Shown here: positions 18,029 to 27,329 of the stretch, in pieces
Layout: the number at the start of each line of letters is the position of its first letter
Position numbering within the stretch: position 1 is the stretch's first letter
Source of the DNA: a bacterium
GTDB lineage: Bacteria; SM23-31
Direction: 5' to 3'
DNA length: 27,615 nucleotides
Assembly (NCBI GenBank): GCA_965249485.1
Contig: CBDFMG010000003.1
Coordinates: forward strand, 1-27,615
The notes under the pieces: generated by a model
The model's database searches: none
The model's input: only the letters and a program-made list of their open reading frames with translations
Told to the model about the DNA's origin: nothing
Made by a program: the position numbers and the translations under genes

Positions 18029-21000
18029 TCAGTGCTTCAATCCCGCAAATTTCACAGGCGAACCCCATTGTCTTCCTTTTATCCAGACAATGTAATATCC
18101 GGGGTTTACGCCACTGACATCTATTTCAATGGTATTGCTTCCCTCAACAACACTGATCTGCTGTGAACCTAATTTGTTTAGTGCCAAATCGTACAGCACC
18201 AGGGTTATCGTCTCATCCATAATAGAAATAAAATCTGCCTTCAAAATGTTGCCCGGATTTGGATTCGGATAGAAACACATAGCAGTTCCATTATGCGTGA
18301 TTTTGAAACGTTGATGAATTTGAGCAAAGCTACTATACACATCATTTATATCTTTGACAACAATGAAATCCTCATATTCAAAAGTATTCTCACAACCATA
18401 TTGGTTCGCAATAACCAGGCTCACATCTATCGTTGTATCCGGAAGGTTGAAATAGATCAGAGGGCTTTCCCTATCACTCATGTAGCCGCCGGTAAACTCC
18501 CAGTGATAACTATTTCCTGTTGCAGTAGTCTGGAACTTTACCGGCTCTCCTGATTCAACTTCAATACCTGGTAATGAGGTTACAGTTCCAATAATTTCAT
18601 GCGTGCTCACACTAGCACTTGCAGAAGTCGTAGAACAATTAACCTGATTGGTTGCTACGACATAGAAATCAAAATCTACATCCGTACCAATATCTGCCCG
18701 TCTGCCTTCAGCAAACCACTCATCATCGGCAGTATAATACCAGTCGTAGGACAGACCATCAATGGCGTTGCCCACTTCAATGGTCATTTCTTCTTCCTCC
18801 GGACAAACATCATAGGTTTCTGCCAGCAGGGGCTGTTCGGGCGTTGCATAAACAGTAAATTTCATTTCCCCGGTAACCCTGCAGCCGCCATCGAGTCGGG
18901 TATAGGTGAAATAATGATCGCCCGGTCCCAGGCTTTCTGGATTCACAAAGCTGTGGTTGAACAGCCCGCTGCCCGACCAGCTGCCGTGTGTGTCGTCGAC
19001 GTAATCAAACAGGTTGACTTCGCGGGATTCGGGGCAAAATTCCACCTCATCAATTGTCAATTCGCCGGGTGGACTGACCCTCACCTCATATGTCTGATAT
19101 GCGCCCCGACACAAGGCCGCCCCGCCCCTGTTGATTCCCCTGGCCTGAACTTTCCATCCCGAAGATTTGCTTTCATCCCAGCTCACTGTTACCGCCCTGC
19201 CGGCCAGCCTGTCCAGTGAACCACCTACCACGGCCCACTCAAAATCATCGGCATCGCCGCTGACGGTGTATTGCTGAATATGGTCTGAAACGCAGATATC
19301 GGTTTCTCCTGAAATTGTTGGCTCTGACGGACTCAGAACCGGATTTACTGCAATACTTCTTTCCGCACTTGGACAGCCATCCTGGTCAATATAGGCCGCC
19401 CTGAAAGCACTTGTATTTCCATTGATTGTATAAAGCAAATCAGCTGACGATTCACCAGGGATCACGGCCCAGATGTCCTTTTCCTTTTTGCTCCAGACCC
19501 ATGACGCGCTACTATTAGCGGTTGAACCGGTCAAACTAATGTCGCCGCCAACACACACATCGGTCACCCCTCTAATGGTTGGCGCGCCCGGTTCGCTGTA
19601 TTCACCTATGGTATGGGTGCCCATTGAATACCATCCACACTGCGGATGAAAGGCCCTGATTTCATATTCTATGCCGGGCGAGATACCATTCCAGGTGAGT
19701 GCGCCTCGGTAACCGGCATTGGAACTGCCAGCCACCTGTACATCGCTATCAAACAGGAAATAATTGTATTCCTGGCTATCATCCAGTCTGATCTCCCCGG
19801 TTTCTCCGTCACACACGAAATCATCACCCCCGACGGTATGAAATTCTACATCCTTTCTAAGGGTAACATTCTCTGTCGTCCAGGGGCCGGGACACAAGGT
19901 TGCCCCCTGGGTGTTGATACCCCTGGCCCTGATTGACCAGTCGGACTTTGTTTTGTCCCAGGTGATCGTTGCATCCCCGGTCCCTGAGACTGGCACCCCG
20001 CCCGTGGCTTCCCACCCGTAGCTGTCAGCCGTTCCCGAGATCGCATAGGTCTGTTCTTCATCGCCCACGCAGATGTCTGTGAACAGTCCGGAGAGGCCTG
20101 GTGCTGCCGGGATGCTTTCTATGTGCACGGTGTATTCCTTCCAGCTGCTTTCACAACTGTTCTGATCCAGATACCTTGCCCGGTAGCTGGTTGTCCCCAG
20201 GACCGCCGAGTGGCTCAGGGTATTGTCATCCTGGCCGGAAATGCTACTACCCCAGGAGGAGCCATCATAGTACTGCCAGTCCCAGTCCGTACTTGCATTG
20301 CCGGTTGCGGCCGTCAGTGCCACCTGGGACCCGGCACATATCTGGGCTGTTCCACTGATCGAGGTCGGTGCAGCACTTTTTGCCCGCTCACCGATGGTGT
20401 GCGATCCCATTGAATAGTACCCGCAAGTTGATCCGTGATGCAACCGTATTTCCCAGGTTCCCGGAGCAACACCACTCCAGCTCAGTGCCCCACCGTTTCC
20501 CGCATTTGCTGATGCTGGCACCTGGGTATCCGGGGCGAACAAGTAGTAGGTATATTCTGCCTGACTATCATCCAGTCTGATCTCTCCGGTCTTTCCATCA
20601 CACACGAAATCATCACCCCCGACGGTGTAAAATTCCATATCATTTCTCAGGGTCACCACTTGCGTCGTCCAGGGGCCGGGACAGGAGGCCGATCCTTGAG
20701 TGTTGATGCTCCTGGCCCTGATCGACCAGGATGACTTTGTCTTATCCCAGGTGATCGAGGCATTACCGGTTCCTGAGGCTGGCACCCCGCCCGTGGCTTC
20801 CCACTCGTGGCTGTCCGCCGTTCCGCTGATCGCATAGGTCTGTTCTTCATCATCCACGCAGATATCTGTGAAGAGCCCGGAGAGGCCTGGTGCTGCCGGG
20901 ATGCTTTCAATGTGTACGGTGTATTCTTTCCAGCTGCTTTCACAACTGTTCTGATCCAGATACCTTGCCCGGTATTTTGTTGTCCCCAGGACCGCCGAGT

Positions 21001-23317
21001 GGCTCAGCGTATTGTTATCCTGGTCGGAAATGCTACTACTCCAGGAGCCTGTATAAAACTGCCAATCCCAGTCTGTATTTGTATTGGCGGTCGAGGCGGT
21101 CAGCGCCACCTGGGATCCGGCACATACCTGGGCCGTCCCACTGATCGAGGTCGGTGCTGCGCTCTTTGCCCGCTCACCGATCGTGTGCGATCCCATTGAA
21201 TAATACCCGCAGGTTGCTCCATGGTGAACCCTCACCTGGTAGGTTCCCGGAGCAACCCCGGTCCAGCTCAATGCCTCACCGCTTCCCGCATTTGCTGATC
21301 CTGGCACCTGGCTATCCGATTGGAACAGGTAGTAAGTGTAATCCGCCTGGCTATCATCCAGTGTGATCTGTCCCGTCTCTCCATCACACACGAAATCATC
21401 ACCGCCCACCGTGTAGAAATCCACATCCTTCCTCAGGGTCACATTCTCTGTCGTCCAGGGACCGGGACACAAGGCCGATCCCTCGGTGTTGATGCTCCTG
21501 GCCCTGATCGACCAGGATGACTTTGTCTTGTCCCAGGTGATCGTTGCATCCCCGGTCCCTGAGACTGGCACCCCGCCCGTGGCTTCCCACCCGTAGCTGT
21601 CAGCCGTTCCCGAGATTGCATAGGTCTGTTCTTCATCACCCACACAAATATCTGCAAAGAGCCCGGAAACAGTTGGTGCTGCCGGGATGCTTTCAATGTG
21701 GACCGTGTATTCTTTCCAGCTGCTTTCGCAACTGTTTGCGTCCAGATACCTTGCCCGGTATTTTGTTGTGCCTAAAATCGCCACGTGACTCAGGGTATTG
21801 TCATCCTGGTCGGAAATGCTACTACTCCAGGAGCCTGTATAATACTGCCAGTCCCAGTCCGTACTTGCATTGGCGGTTGCGGCGGTCAGTGTCACCTGGG
21901 ACCCGGCACATATCTGGGCCGTCCCACTGATCGAGGTCGGTGCAGCGCTCTTTGTCCGCTCACCGATCGTGTGCGATCCCATTGAATATTCCCCGCATTC
22001 AGAGCTGTGAACCAGCTTCACGGTCCAGCTGCTGCTGGCGGCAAGCCCTGCCCAGGTCAGGGCCTCTCCGGTTCCTGTCTTGTCCTGGTCATGGTTGGTA
22101 TCCCCCTTGTAAAGCCGGTAGGTTTTCGCGCCCGTCGAACCTGACAGTGTTACACTCCCCGTTGCTCCGTTACACACCTGGTCATCACCACCCACCGTCC
22201 AGGTCGAATAACTTTTGATGTCCACATCCACATCCTCCCAATCCGTGTAGCAACTGGTCCCGTTTTCGGACGTCTCATACCCCCTGACCTCGATCTTGCC
22301 GCCCGATTTGCTCTTGTCCCAGGTCACGGTCATGGTCCGGCTCCCGTCATCAGAATCCAGGCTGCAGCCGGTGCAGCGCCAGTTGTAGCCGTCATTTCCG
22401 GTTTCTACCGAATAGGTCTGCGTGTAGGAGCCCGGGCATATGTTGCTTTCGCCGGTGATCTGTGAGATCGAAGGGTCTTCTTTTGTGATCCGCGCCTGAT
22501 ATGAGTCGGAATTATCAATTACCTCATATTCATAGTCTCTTTTTTCAGTGACAATGAACTGATATTCCTCATCATCCGCAACCCACAGCTGGCCGAACTG
22601 GGCCCCGGTCAGTACAACATCTCCACCCGTTTCACTGGCAACTATAGAACTTGTATTGCTCGAAGGACGTACCCGGTAGGTTGATCCTGACCGGGAATCG
22701 GTGATCTCTACAGTGATCCCGTCACCGCTACAAACCGTAGATGGCACATTGTAATCCGACCCGGGGGTTAGAGAAATATTTTCAATCAATGTAATGGCAA
22801 TGGAGTTGTTGTTCTGTGATTTTGCAACCGCATCCAGGGTCACATTCGTGTTCGATGTGACACAACGCACCTCGGAGGTCCCGGTCCCCGGGTCATACAC
22901 GGTACATACCCGGTTGTTTTTGACAGTGAACGTCTTTGTGATCGTTGAGCTGATGACAAGAGTAATCTGTTCTGTGCTTGGGTTGACCGGAAAATAAATA
23001 CGCCCCTCGGAGTTGTTCACCGTGAAAGCCTCCAGGTCGGCACTGGCACTGCCTATCGTGATCGACCAGCTTGACACTGTGCTCACCGTCGAGCTTGCAC
23101 ACACCCCGTAGTCAACGGGGTGTGAGGTTTCCGTGACCGACACGTAATCATCCAGATCAATCCAGGCACTGTTTTCAATCACCCCCGACGGGCTATTGAA
23201 TACAAAGTCCGGCTCCAGGGGTGATCCACAGCTCTGGATTTGACCCTGCAACCGGGAAATTCCTGCCAGCAGCAGAATGAAAACCGCTATCAGTTTTTGA
23301 TGAATCGTCCGCTCCAT
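18029..23317 (-). CDS. Large T9SS-secreted Ig-repeat surface protein / putative adhesin (1762 aa)
   Basis: Signal peptide; about 13 Cys-pair Ig-like domains in a three-domain periodic array; PKD domain; type A CTD 'FYPNP...LYDLA...IDVSGVNPGYYIVWI'. Confidence 0.85.
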   Translation of the reverse strand: MERTIHQKLIAVFILLLAGISRLQGQIQSCGSPLEPDFVFNSPSGVIENSAWIDLDDYVSVTETSHPVDYGVCASSTVSTVSSWSITIGSASADLEAFTVNNSEGRIYFPVNPSTEQITLVISSTITKTFTVKNNRVCTVYDPGTGTSEVRCVTSNTNVTLDAVAKSQNNNSIAITLIENISLTPGSDYNVPSTVCSGDGITVEITDSRSGSTYRVRPSSNTSSIVASETGGDVVLTGAQFGQLWVADDEEYQFIVTEKRDYEYEVIDNSDSYQARITKEDPSISQITGESNICPGSYTQTYSVETGNDGYNWRCTGCSLDSDDGSRTMTVTWDKSKSGGKIEVRGYETSENGTSCYTDWEDVDVDIKSYSTWTVGGDDQVCNGATGSVTLSGSTGAKTYRLYKGDTNHDQDKTGTGEALTWAGLAASSSWTVKLVHSSECGEYSMGSHTIGERTKSAAPTSISGTAQICAGSQVTLTAATANASTDWDWQYYTGSWSSSISDQDDNTLSHVAILGTTKYRARYLDANSCESSWKEYTVHIESIPAAPTVSGLFADICVGDEEQTYAISGTADSYGWEATGGVPVSGTGDATITWDKTKSSWSIRARSINTEGSALCPGPWTTENVTLRKDVDFYTVGGDDFVCDGETGQITLDDSQADYTYYLFQSDSQVPGSANAGSGEALSWTGVAPGTYQVRVHHGATCGYYSMGSHTIGERAKSAAPTSISGTAQVCAGSQVALTASTANTNTDWDWQFYTGSWSSSISDQDNNTLSHSAVLGTTKYRARYLDQNSCESSWKEYTVHIESIPAAPGLSGLFTDICVDDEEQTYAISGTADSHEWEATGGVPASGTGNASITWDKTKSSWSIRARSINTQGSASCPGPWTTQVVTLRNDMEFYTVGGDDFVCDGKTGEIRLDDSQAEYTYYLFAPDTQVPASANAGNGGALSWSGVAPGTWEIRLHHGSTCGYYSMGSHTIGERAKSAAPTSISGTAQICAGSQVALTAATGNASTDWDWQYYDGSSWGSSISGQDDNTLSHSAVLGTTSYRARYLDQNSCESSWKEYTVHIESIPAAPGLSGLFTDICVGDEEQTYAISGTADSYGWEATGGVPVSGTGDATITWDKTKSDWSIRARGINTQGATLCPGPWTTENVTLRKDVEFHTVGGDDFVCDGETGEIRLDDSQEYNYFLFDSDVQVAGSSNAGYRGALTWNGISPGIEYEIRAFHPQCGWYSMGTHTIGEYSEPGAPTIRGVTDVCVGGDISLTGSTANSSASWVWSKKEKDIWAVIPGESSADLLYTINGNTSAFRAAYIDQDGCPSAERSIAVNPVLSPSEPTISGETDICVSDHIQQYTVSGDADDFEWAVVGGSLDRLAGRAVTVSWDESKSSGWKVQARGINRGGAALCRGAYQTYEVRVSPPGELTIDEVEFCPESREVNLFDYVDDTHGSWSGSGLFNHSFVNPESLGPGDHYFTYTRLDGGCRVTGEMKFTVYATPEQPLLAETYDVCPEEEEMTIEVGNAIDGLSYDWYYTADDEWFAEGRRADIGTDVDFDFYVVATNQVNCSTTSASASVSTHEIIGTVTSLPGIEVESGEPVKFQTTATGNSYHWEFTGGYMSDRESPLIYFNLPDTTIDVSLVIANQYGCENTFEYEDFIVVKDINDVYSSFAQIHQRFKITHNGTAMCFYPNPNPGNILKADFISIMDETITLVLYDLALNKLGSQQISVVEGSNTIEIDVSGVNPGYYIVWIKGRQWGSPVKFAGLKH
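19620..21978. repeat. Three near-identical 786-bp (262-codon) intragenic tandem repeats
   Basis: Anchor CCCATTGAATA at 19620, 20406, 21192 and 21978; more diverged partial units extend to about 19080 and 22480. Confidence 0.92.
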
Positions 23318-25218
23318 AATTTGCCAGATGATCTGGTATCATGAATATGCAAAAGGTACATCCCGCTTCCCAGCCCCCTTACATCAATCCGGTCCCCAAG
23401 GGCTCCCTGCATTACTTTTTTTCCAGCAGTGTTGAAAATTACATATTGTGCGCCACTTTCTCCACTCACGTTCAGAATATCCCTGGCAGGGTTGGGATAA
23501 ATCCTGATCGTGGCCTGTGTCGGCTCTTCGATGCCCGTTACCAGTACCGTGTTGTACCAGTCAATAAAATCCTGGGGATAGTCCTCCAGTTGACCTTCCG
23601 TCGGGGCCTGGTAGCCATCCACGCTGCCAGTTACAGGGTCGATCTCGACTTCCCTGTGCCTGCGGTCCTCGTACAGGTCCTCGAAATGGAGCATGCCATA
23701 TCCGTAGTAATCGTCTCTGCCCGGAACATCATTCCATAGTCTCCAATAATCCCGTGCCGTTCTATCAAAATTTGTAATTCTATGAATCCCCTTGTATCCT
23801 TCACGCTGACTCAGGTAGATGCTGTCAGCCTTCAGATCAAAGATCATGTCGCGGGCCGTTTCAATGACTCTCTTTTTGACCTGGTAGTGGCTGAGCCCGG
23901 GGTGCTCCGACCAGAAATTTGCGATCATCCCTGCCGCCAGGGCGGCCGAGTTGGAGGTTCCGGCGCTCATCGTATTGCCATAGAAGAGCCACCCGGGAAC
24001 AACTATATCAAGGCTGCGTCCATCGTGGGAGATGTCATGAAAATGCGACAAAAGCCCCGGCATCAGCGCTCCCACCTGGATCACGGTCGGATGATTGGAT
24101 GCCGTGTTGTAATGAGCCTTTTCAAGTTCTATTTGCTCTCTTTGATTTTTATTGCCTGCCCCTCCCACCACCAGCACCCCCCCCTCCCAGGCGTATTGCA
24201 AGGCCTCAGGCAAGCCCGGTCTGGAGGAAAGGCCAAAATATTGATCCACTAAATGTGCGCTGTAGGTGTCAGTCACACCTGAAAATCCCTGGTAGCGGAT
24301 GGGCAGGGTGATTCCACCTGACTCCTGGGCAAGCAAAATAACGTCGGCCCCGTTGTCCACCGCATAGCGGATCGCCTCGCCCGTATTTTTGGCGTAATTC
24401 CTTTCATCTCCCTCGCCCCACACCTTGACATCCATCAGCTTGCAACGGGGACAAACGCCCAGTGCCGAAATCCTGGGCCAGGGTTTGTTTGTGGGCTCAA
24501 ACCGGTAATTGACCCAGCTTGTATCATTTATGTTGCCAGCTACCACCCGGCCCATATTCATGCCATGGCGGTTGGTCTCAGGCGATCTTATCGAGGCGGT
24601 ATCGCCGGTATCGTAATAAAAATCATATCCATACCGGTCATCGACATAACCGTTGCCATCATCATCAATCTCATTCCCATAAATTTCATCCTGGTTTTCC
24701 CACCGGCGGCCATCCAGATCATGATGATACTTTATCACCAATTCACCTAATTCACCGTCATCATCCCGTTCCCGGTATCTGAATCCCTGCCCCAGCCCGG
24801 TATCGACAATGGCTACAATCATATCCTCGCTGCCGTAGTACTTTCTTTCAAAGGCATACTTCAACCCGATGTCGCGCCCTGTCAGGTTGGTATCCAGCGA
24901 GCAAAAAAAAGGTTTGAATCTCTCGTCATAATAATACGCCCCGTGACGTCCCGGATTGAAATCATAAGGAGCCCAGGCGCGTACGTCGGGAAAATCGGTC
25001 GCCTCGGGATGATCATTCCAGTTCGCCCCTTCACATCTAACAATTCCAATCAACGTGGAATCCACATCGGGAATAATTTCATCTGGTTGATCGTCTGTTG
25101 AATGCTTCAGGGTAAGTGTTTTTGCCTGGGAGACGCCATATTCTGCAGGGATCGCATCGGGGGGGGGCTGCGAGGGCACAAGGGCCATTAACAGGAATAC
25201 AGAAAGGCTCTTAAACAC
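23290..25218 (-). CDS. S8 subtilisin-family serine peptidase with T9SS type A C-terminal domain
   Basis: Triad 'VAIVDTG', 'RHGMNMG', 'GTSNSAA'; oxyanion 'GAGN'; Ca-loop 'DDDGNGYVDD..GYDF'; CTD 'IYPNPARD...GMYLL'. Confidence 0.9.
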   Translation of the reverse strand: MFKSLSVFLLMALVPSQPPPDAIPAEYGVSQAKTLTLKHSTDDQPDEIIPDVDSTLIGIVRCEGANWNDHPEATDFPDVRAWAPYDFNPGRHGAYYYDERFKPFFCSLDTNLTGRDIGLKYAFERKYYGSEDMIVAIVDTGLGQGFRYRERDDDGELGELVIKYHHDLDGRRWENQDEIYGNEIDDDGNGYVDDRYGYDFYYDTGDTASIRSPETNRHGMNMGRVVAGNINDTSWVNYRFEPTNKPWPRISALGVCPRCKLMDVKVWGEGDERNYAKNTGEAIRYAVDNGADVILLAQESGGITLPIRYQGFSGVTDTYSAHLVDQYFGLSSRPGLPEALQYAWEGGVLVVGGAGNKNQREQIELEKAHYNTASNHPTVIQVGALMPGLLSHFHDISHDGRSLDIVVPGWLFYGNTMSAGTSNSAALAAGMIANFWSEHPGLSHYQVKKRVIETARDMIFDLKADSIYLSQREGYKGIHRITNFDRTARDYWRLWNDVPGRDDYYGYGMLHFEDLYEDRRHREVEIDPVTGSVDGYQAPTEGQLEDYPQDFIDWYNTVLVTGIEEPTQATIRIYPNPARDILNVSGESGAQYVIFNTAGKKVMQGALGDRIDVRGLGSGMYLLHIHDTRSSGKLWSGRFIKN

Positions 25219-25284
25219 CGTCAGAGCTTCCCCCTGCTCCTCGAATAAAATTACTGAGATTTTGACCTTTTTTATATGAAAAGG

Positions 25285-25947
25285 CTATTTAGCTATTTGC
25301 ATTTGAAATACCATTTTCTTACCATAGTTGATCGGCTCACGCCGATATATCATTTCGATATCAACCTTTGCCAACCTATCCCTTACCCGAAAAAGAATCT
25401 TATTTTCAAATAAGTTGTAAGACTTATAGTTCGCTGGTTTTACTTCGAACAATTCTTGCAACTCAGCTAAAATAAACTCCATTTCCTTAGGATTACCTTT
25501 CAGTATCCAATAGGCGTAAAACCTGGCTGTATACTCATGATCCAAAACAATCAAGAAATCGCTTAACCCTTTGGCTACCCCTTTCATATCCTTGTAGAAT
25601 GAAACCAACATTTCATTTCTCGTTATTAATAAATGATTTTGCTTTTCAACCACACACATATATAAAGGCCAACTTTGAAACTCATAATCATTCCATTCAA
25701 CCACATCGTTTTCTTTCATCCACCTCACAATTGGGTTTTTTAACCCTTGCTGTTTGCTGTCTTTTTGCAGCCGAACAACTTTCTTATCGGCAAATGCTAA
25801 AAGTACGTGTTGCTTATCCTTTGGACACATCAACAAGTATGACAGCATTCTCAAGTCATCGTGATTCTCTAATCCCACATTCAAATTTTTATCCGTATAG
25901 AACTTAAATATAGACATATTATGTTTAAAATAAATATACCATAACAT
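25285..25947 (-). CDS. Divergent Rep_3-like winged-helix protein
   Basis: C-terminal half 'EYTARFY...LAELQELF...YKSYNLFENKIL...L...I...Y' parallels the WH2 domain of the adjacent Rep; start may be at 25917. Confidence 0.55.
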   Translation of the reverse strand: MLWYIYFKHNMSIFKFYTDKNLNVGLENHDDLRMLSYLLMCPKDKQHVLLAFADKKVVRLQKDSKQQGLKNPIVRWMKENDVVEWNDYEFQSWPLYMCVVEKQNHLLITRNEMLVSFYKDMKGVAKGLSDFLIVLDHEYTARFYAYWILKGNPKEMEFILAELQELFEVKPANYKSYNLFENKILFRVRDRLAKVDIEMIYRREPINYGKKMVFQMQIAK

Positions 25948-26004
25948 ATTTTAAGTCTAACTTGGACCTAAATCTAACTCAGACATTCAAAACCTTGTTT
26001 TCTC

Positions 26005-26266
26005 AGCCAATGTAGACTTTTCTCCCCCTTTCTACATTCCTTCATGGTCGTGGGGTATTTCTCCTTTTAATCATTTGATTAAAACCCATCTCTTACATTG
26101 GGAATAGTCTGTTTTAACAATCATGTAGGGTAAAACTCCTTTTAATAAACCTTAAATACAGCCAAAATTTATCATTTGATAATAATATTTCCCCGCTTTT
26201 GAGCCAATGTAGACTTTTCTCCCCCTTTCTACATTCCTTCATGGTCGTCGGGTATTTTTCCTTTTA
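26005..26266 (+). repeat. Two 65-bp direct repeats (26005-26069, 26202-26266) flanking one perfect iteron (26124-26144)
   Basis: Copies differ at 2 positions; each contains AATGTAGA...TCTACATT inverted arms and ends in a degenerate iteron. Confidence 0.9.
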
Positions 26267-26278
26267 TTATGACCTCTG

Positions 26279-27274
26279 TTACTTGACATACTTCTTACCA
26301 ACCCTAACCCAAACGGCATTGCAATATTTTTTGAATTCGTCAATACGTTCATTCGATTGCTCCTTAATTTGCCATTCTCGAATCATTTTTGATGTTTGCC
26401 TCATAGGGATATAAGGACCATACTTTACAATATTGGCCTCCGATACTTTGAACTCTTTAAGCTTCTCGATAAGCCTGGCATTGTTTTCATCTTCGTACCA
26501 GTGCTTTGGGATCTTCCTTAATTCCACATTCTTTAATCTGAATTCCAGAGCCACAATCGGAGGCCTACCTCTACTCTTCTCCTTTGGATATATTAGGGAG
26601 TATTCAAACTCCATCCTGGTCCCCTTAAGCTCCTGTAATGGTTCGTTTAACGTATATTTAATCATGTCCTTTGGTTGTGGATACTTATTCTGACAATCCA
26701 TCAAAATTCTATATTCATCAATCTTCACGAACCATTGACCAGTATCCTTATACGCTTCCAATATCTCGTACAATCGCATTGAATACCAACTTTTAAACTT
26801 CATGTAATCGGATAAAGAATAAGTCGTATAATGGCCTAAATGAAGGAAAAAAGCTTTCAATGCCGGATTGAGTATTATTGTTATTACTCCATTGTTATAA
26901 CCAAATTCGAATCCATCTTCGGCCAGGTTCTTACTTGTATCTACAATGTGTTTTGGAGCAAACCGATTTGTCCTTATGTCTTCAAACTCCCATATCTGCA
27001 CCATCAGATCTTTCAACCCCTTTTTAACTTCCTTATATGCTGTGTAGCGATCTACGTTAGATTCAGAAACAATATCCTTGATATGCATTTGATAGTAAGG
27101 CTTTAACGCCATATCGTTTTCATGGATCTGAGCAATCACTAAGGCCATCATTCTCTTTGCGTAAACAGATATCCTCTTTTGCCTTGCAAATGTTACGTTC
27201 CAATGCTGTTTAACAACGGACTTAAATTCAGTTTCCGGAATTACTAGCGGTAAGGGTAGTTGTACTTCACTCAC
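26279..27274 (-). CDS. Plasmid replication initiator, Rep_3 (RepB) family
   Basis: 'QHWNVTFAR', 'YTTYSL...FKSWYSMRLYEIL', 'IDEYRILM...KY', 'RGRP..ALEF'; adjacent iterons. Confidence 0.92.
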   Translation of the reverse strand: MSEVQLPLPLVIPETEFKSVVKQHWNVTFARQKRISVYAKRMMALVIAQIHENDMALKPYYQMHIKDIVSESNVDRYTAYKEVKKGLKDLMVQIWEFEDIRTNRFAPKHIVDTSKNLAEDGFEFGYNNGVITIILNPALKAFFLHLGHYTTYSLSDYMKFKSWYSMRLYEILEAYKDTGQWFVKIDEYRILMDCQNKYPQPKDMIKYTLNEPLQELKGTRMEFEYSLIYPKEKSRGRPPIVALEFRLKNVELRKIPKHWYEDENNARLIEKLKEFKVSEANIVKYGPYIPMRQTSKMIREWQIKEQSNERIDEFKKYCNAVWVRVGKKYVK

Positions 27275-27329
27275 TGGTTTAGAATAAAACGAGCTATAAT
27301 ATAGCCAATTCCTTTTAATGATCTGGTTC

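Noticed and set aside
18293..24782. Numerous short overlapping ORFs within the two T9SS genes
   Set aside because: Alternative-frame artefacts of GC-rich repeated coding DNA; they recur at the 786-bp period.
25219..25287. Stop-codon readthrough fusing the Rep-like ORF to the peptidase (same frame, single TAG, 22 open codons)
   Set aside because: Plausible by chance; the peptidase has its own signal peptide and TAG is used as a normal stop elsewhere in the window.
25902..25929. Second dif-like site (ACTTAAATATA-gacata-TTATGTTTAAA)
   Set aside because: Two mismatches in the XerD arm, poor XerC arm, AT-rich context and overlap with a CDS start.
25980..25990. 11-nt match (CAGACATTCAA) to the inverted-repeat arm at 3029-3039
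   Set aside because: Matches of this length are expected by chance in a 27-kb AT-rich sequence.
25974..26045. Small ORF MKECRKGEKSLHWL... on the minus strand of each 65-bp repeat
   Set aside because: Arises from the DNA duplication; the two versions diverge immediately after the repeat and have no recognisable features.
26005..26266. DGR template/variable repeat pair or Cas12-like mini-array
   Set aside because: No reverse transcriptase or Cas gene; both copies are intergenic; the two mismatches are not adenine-specific; the unit resembles the plasmid iterons.
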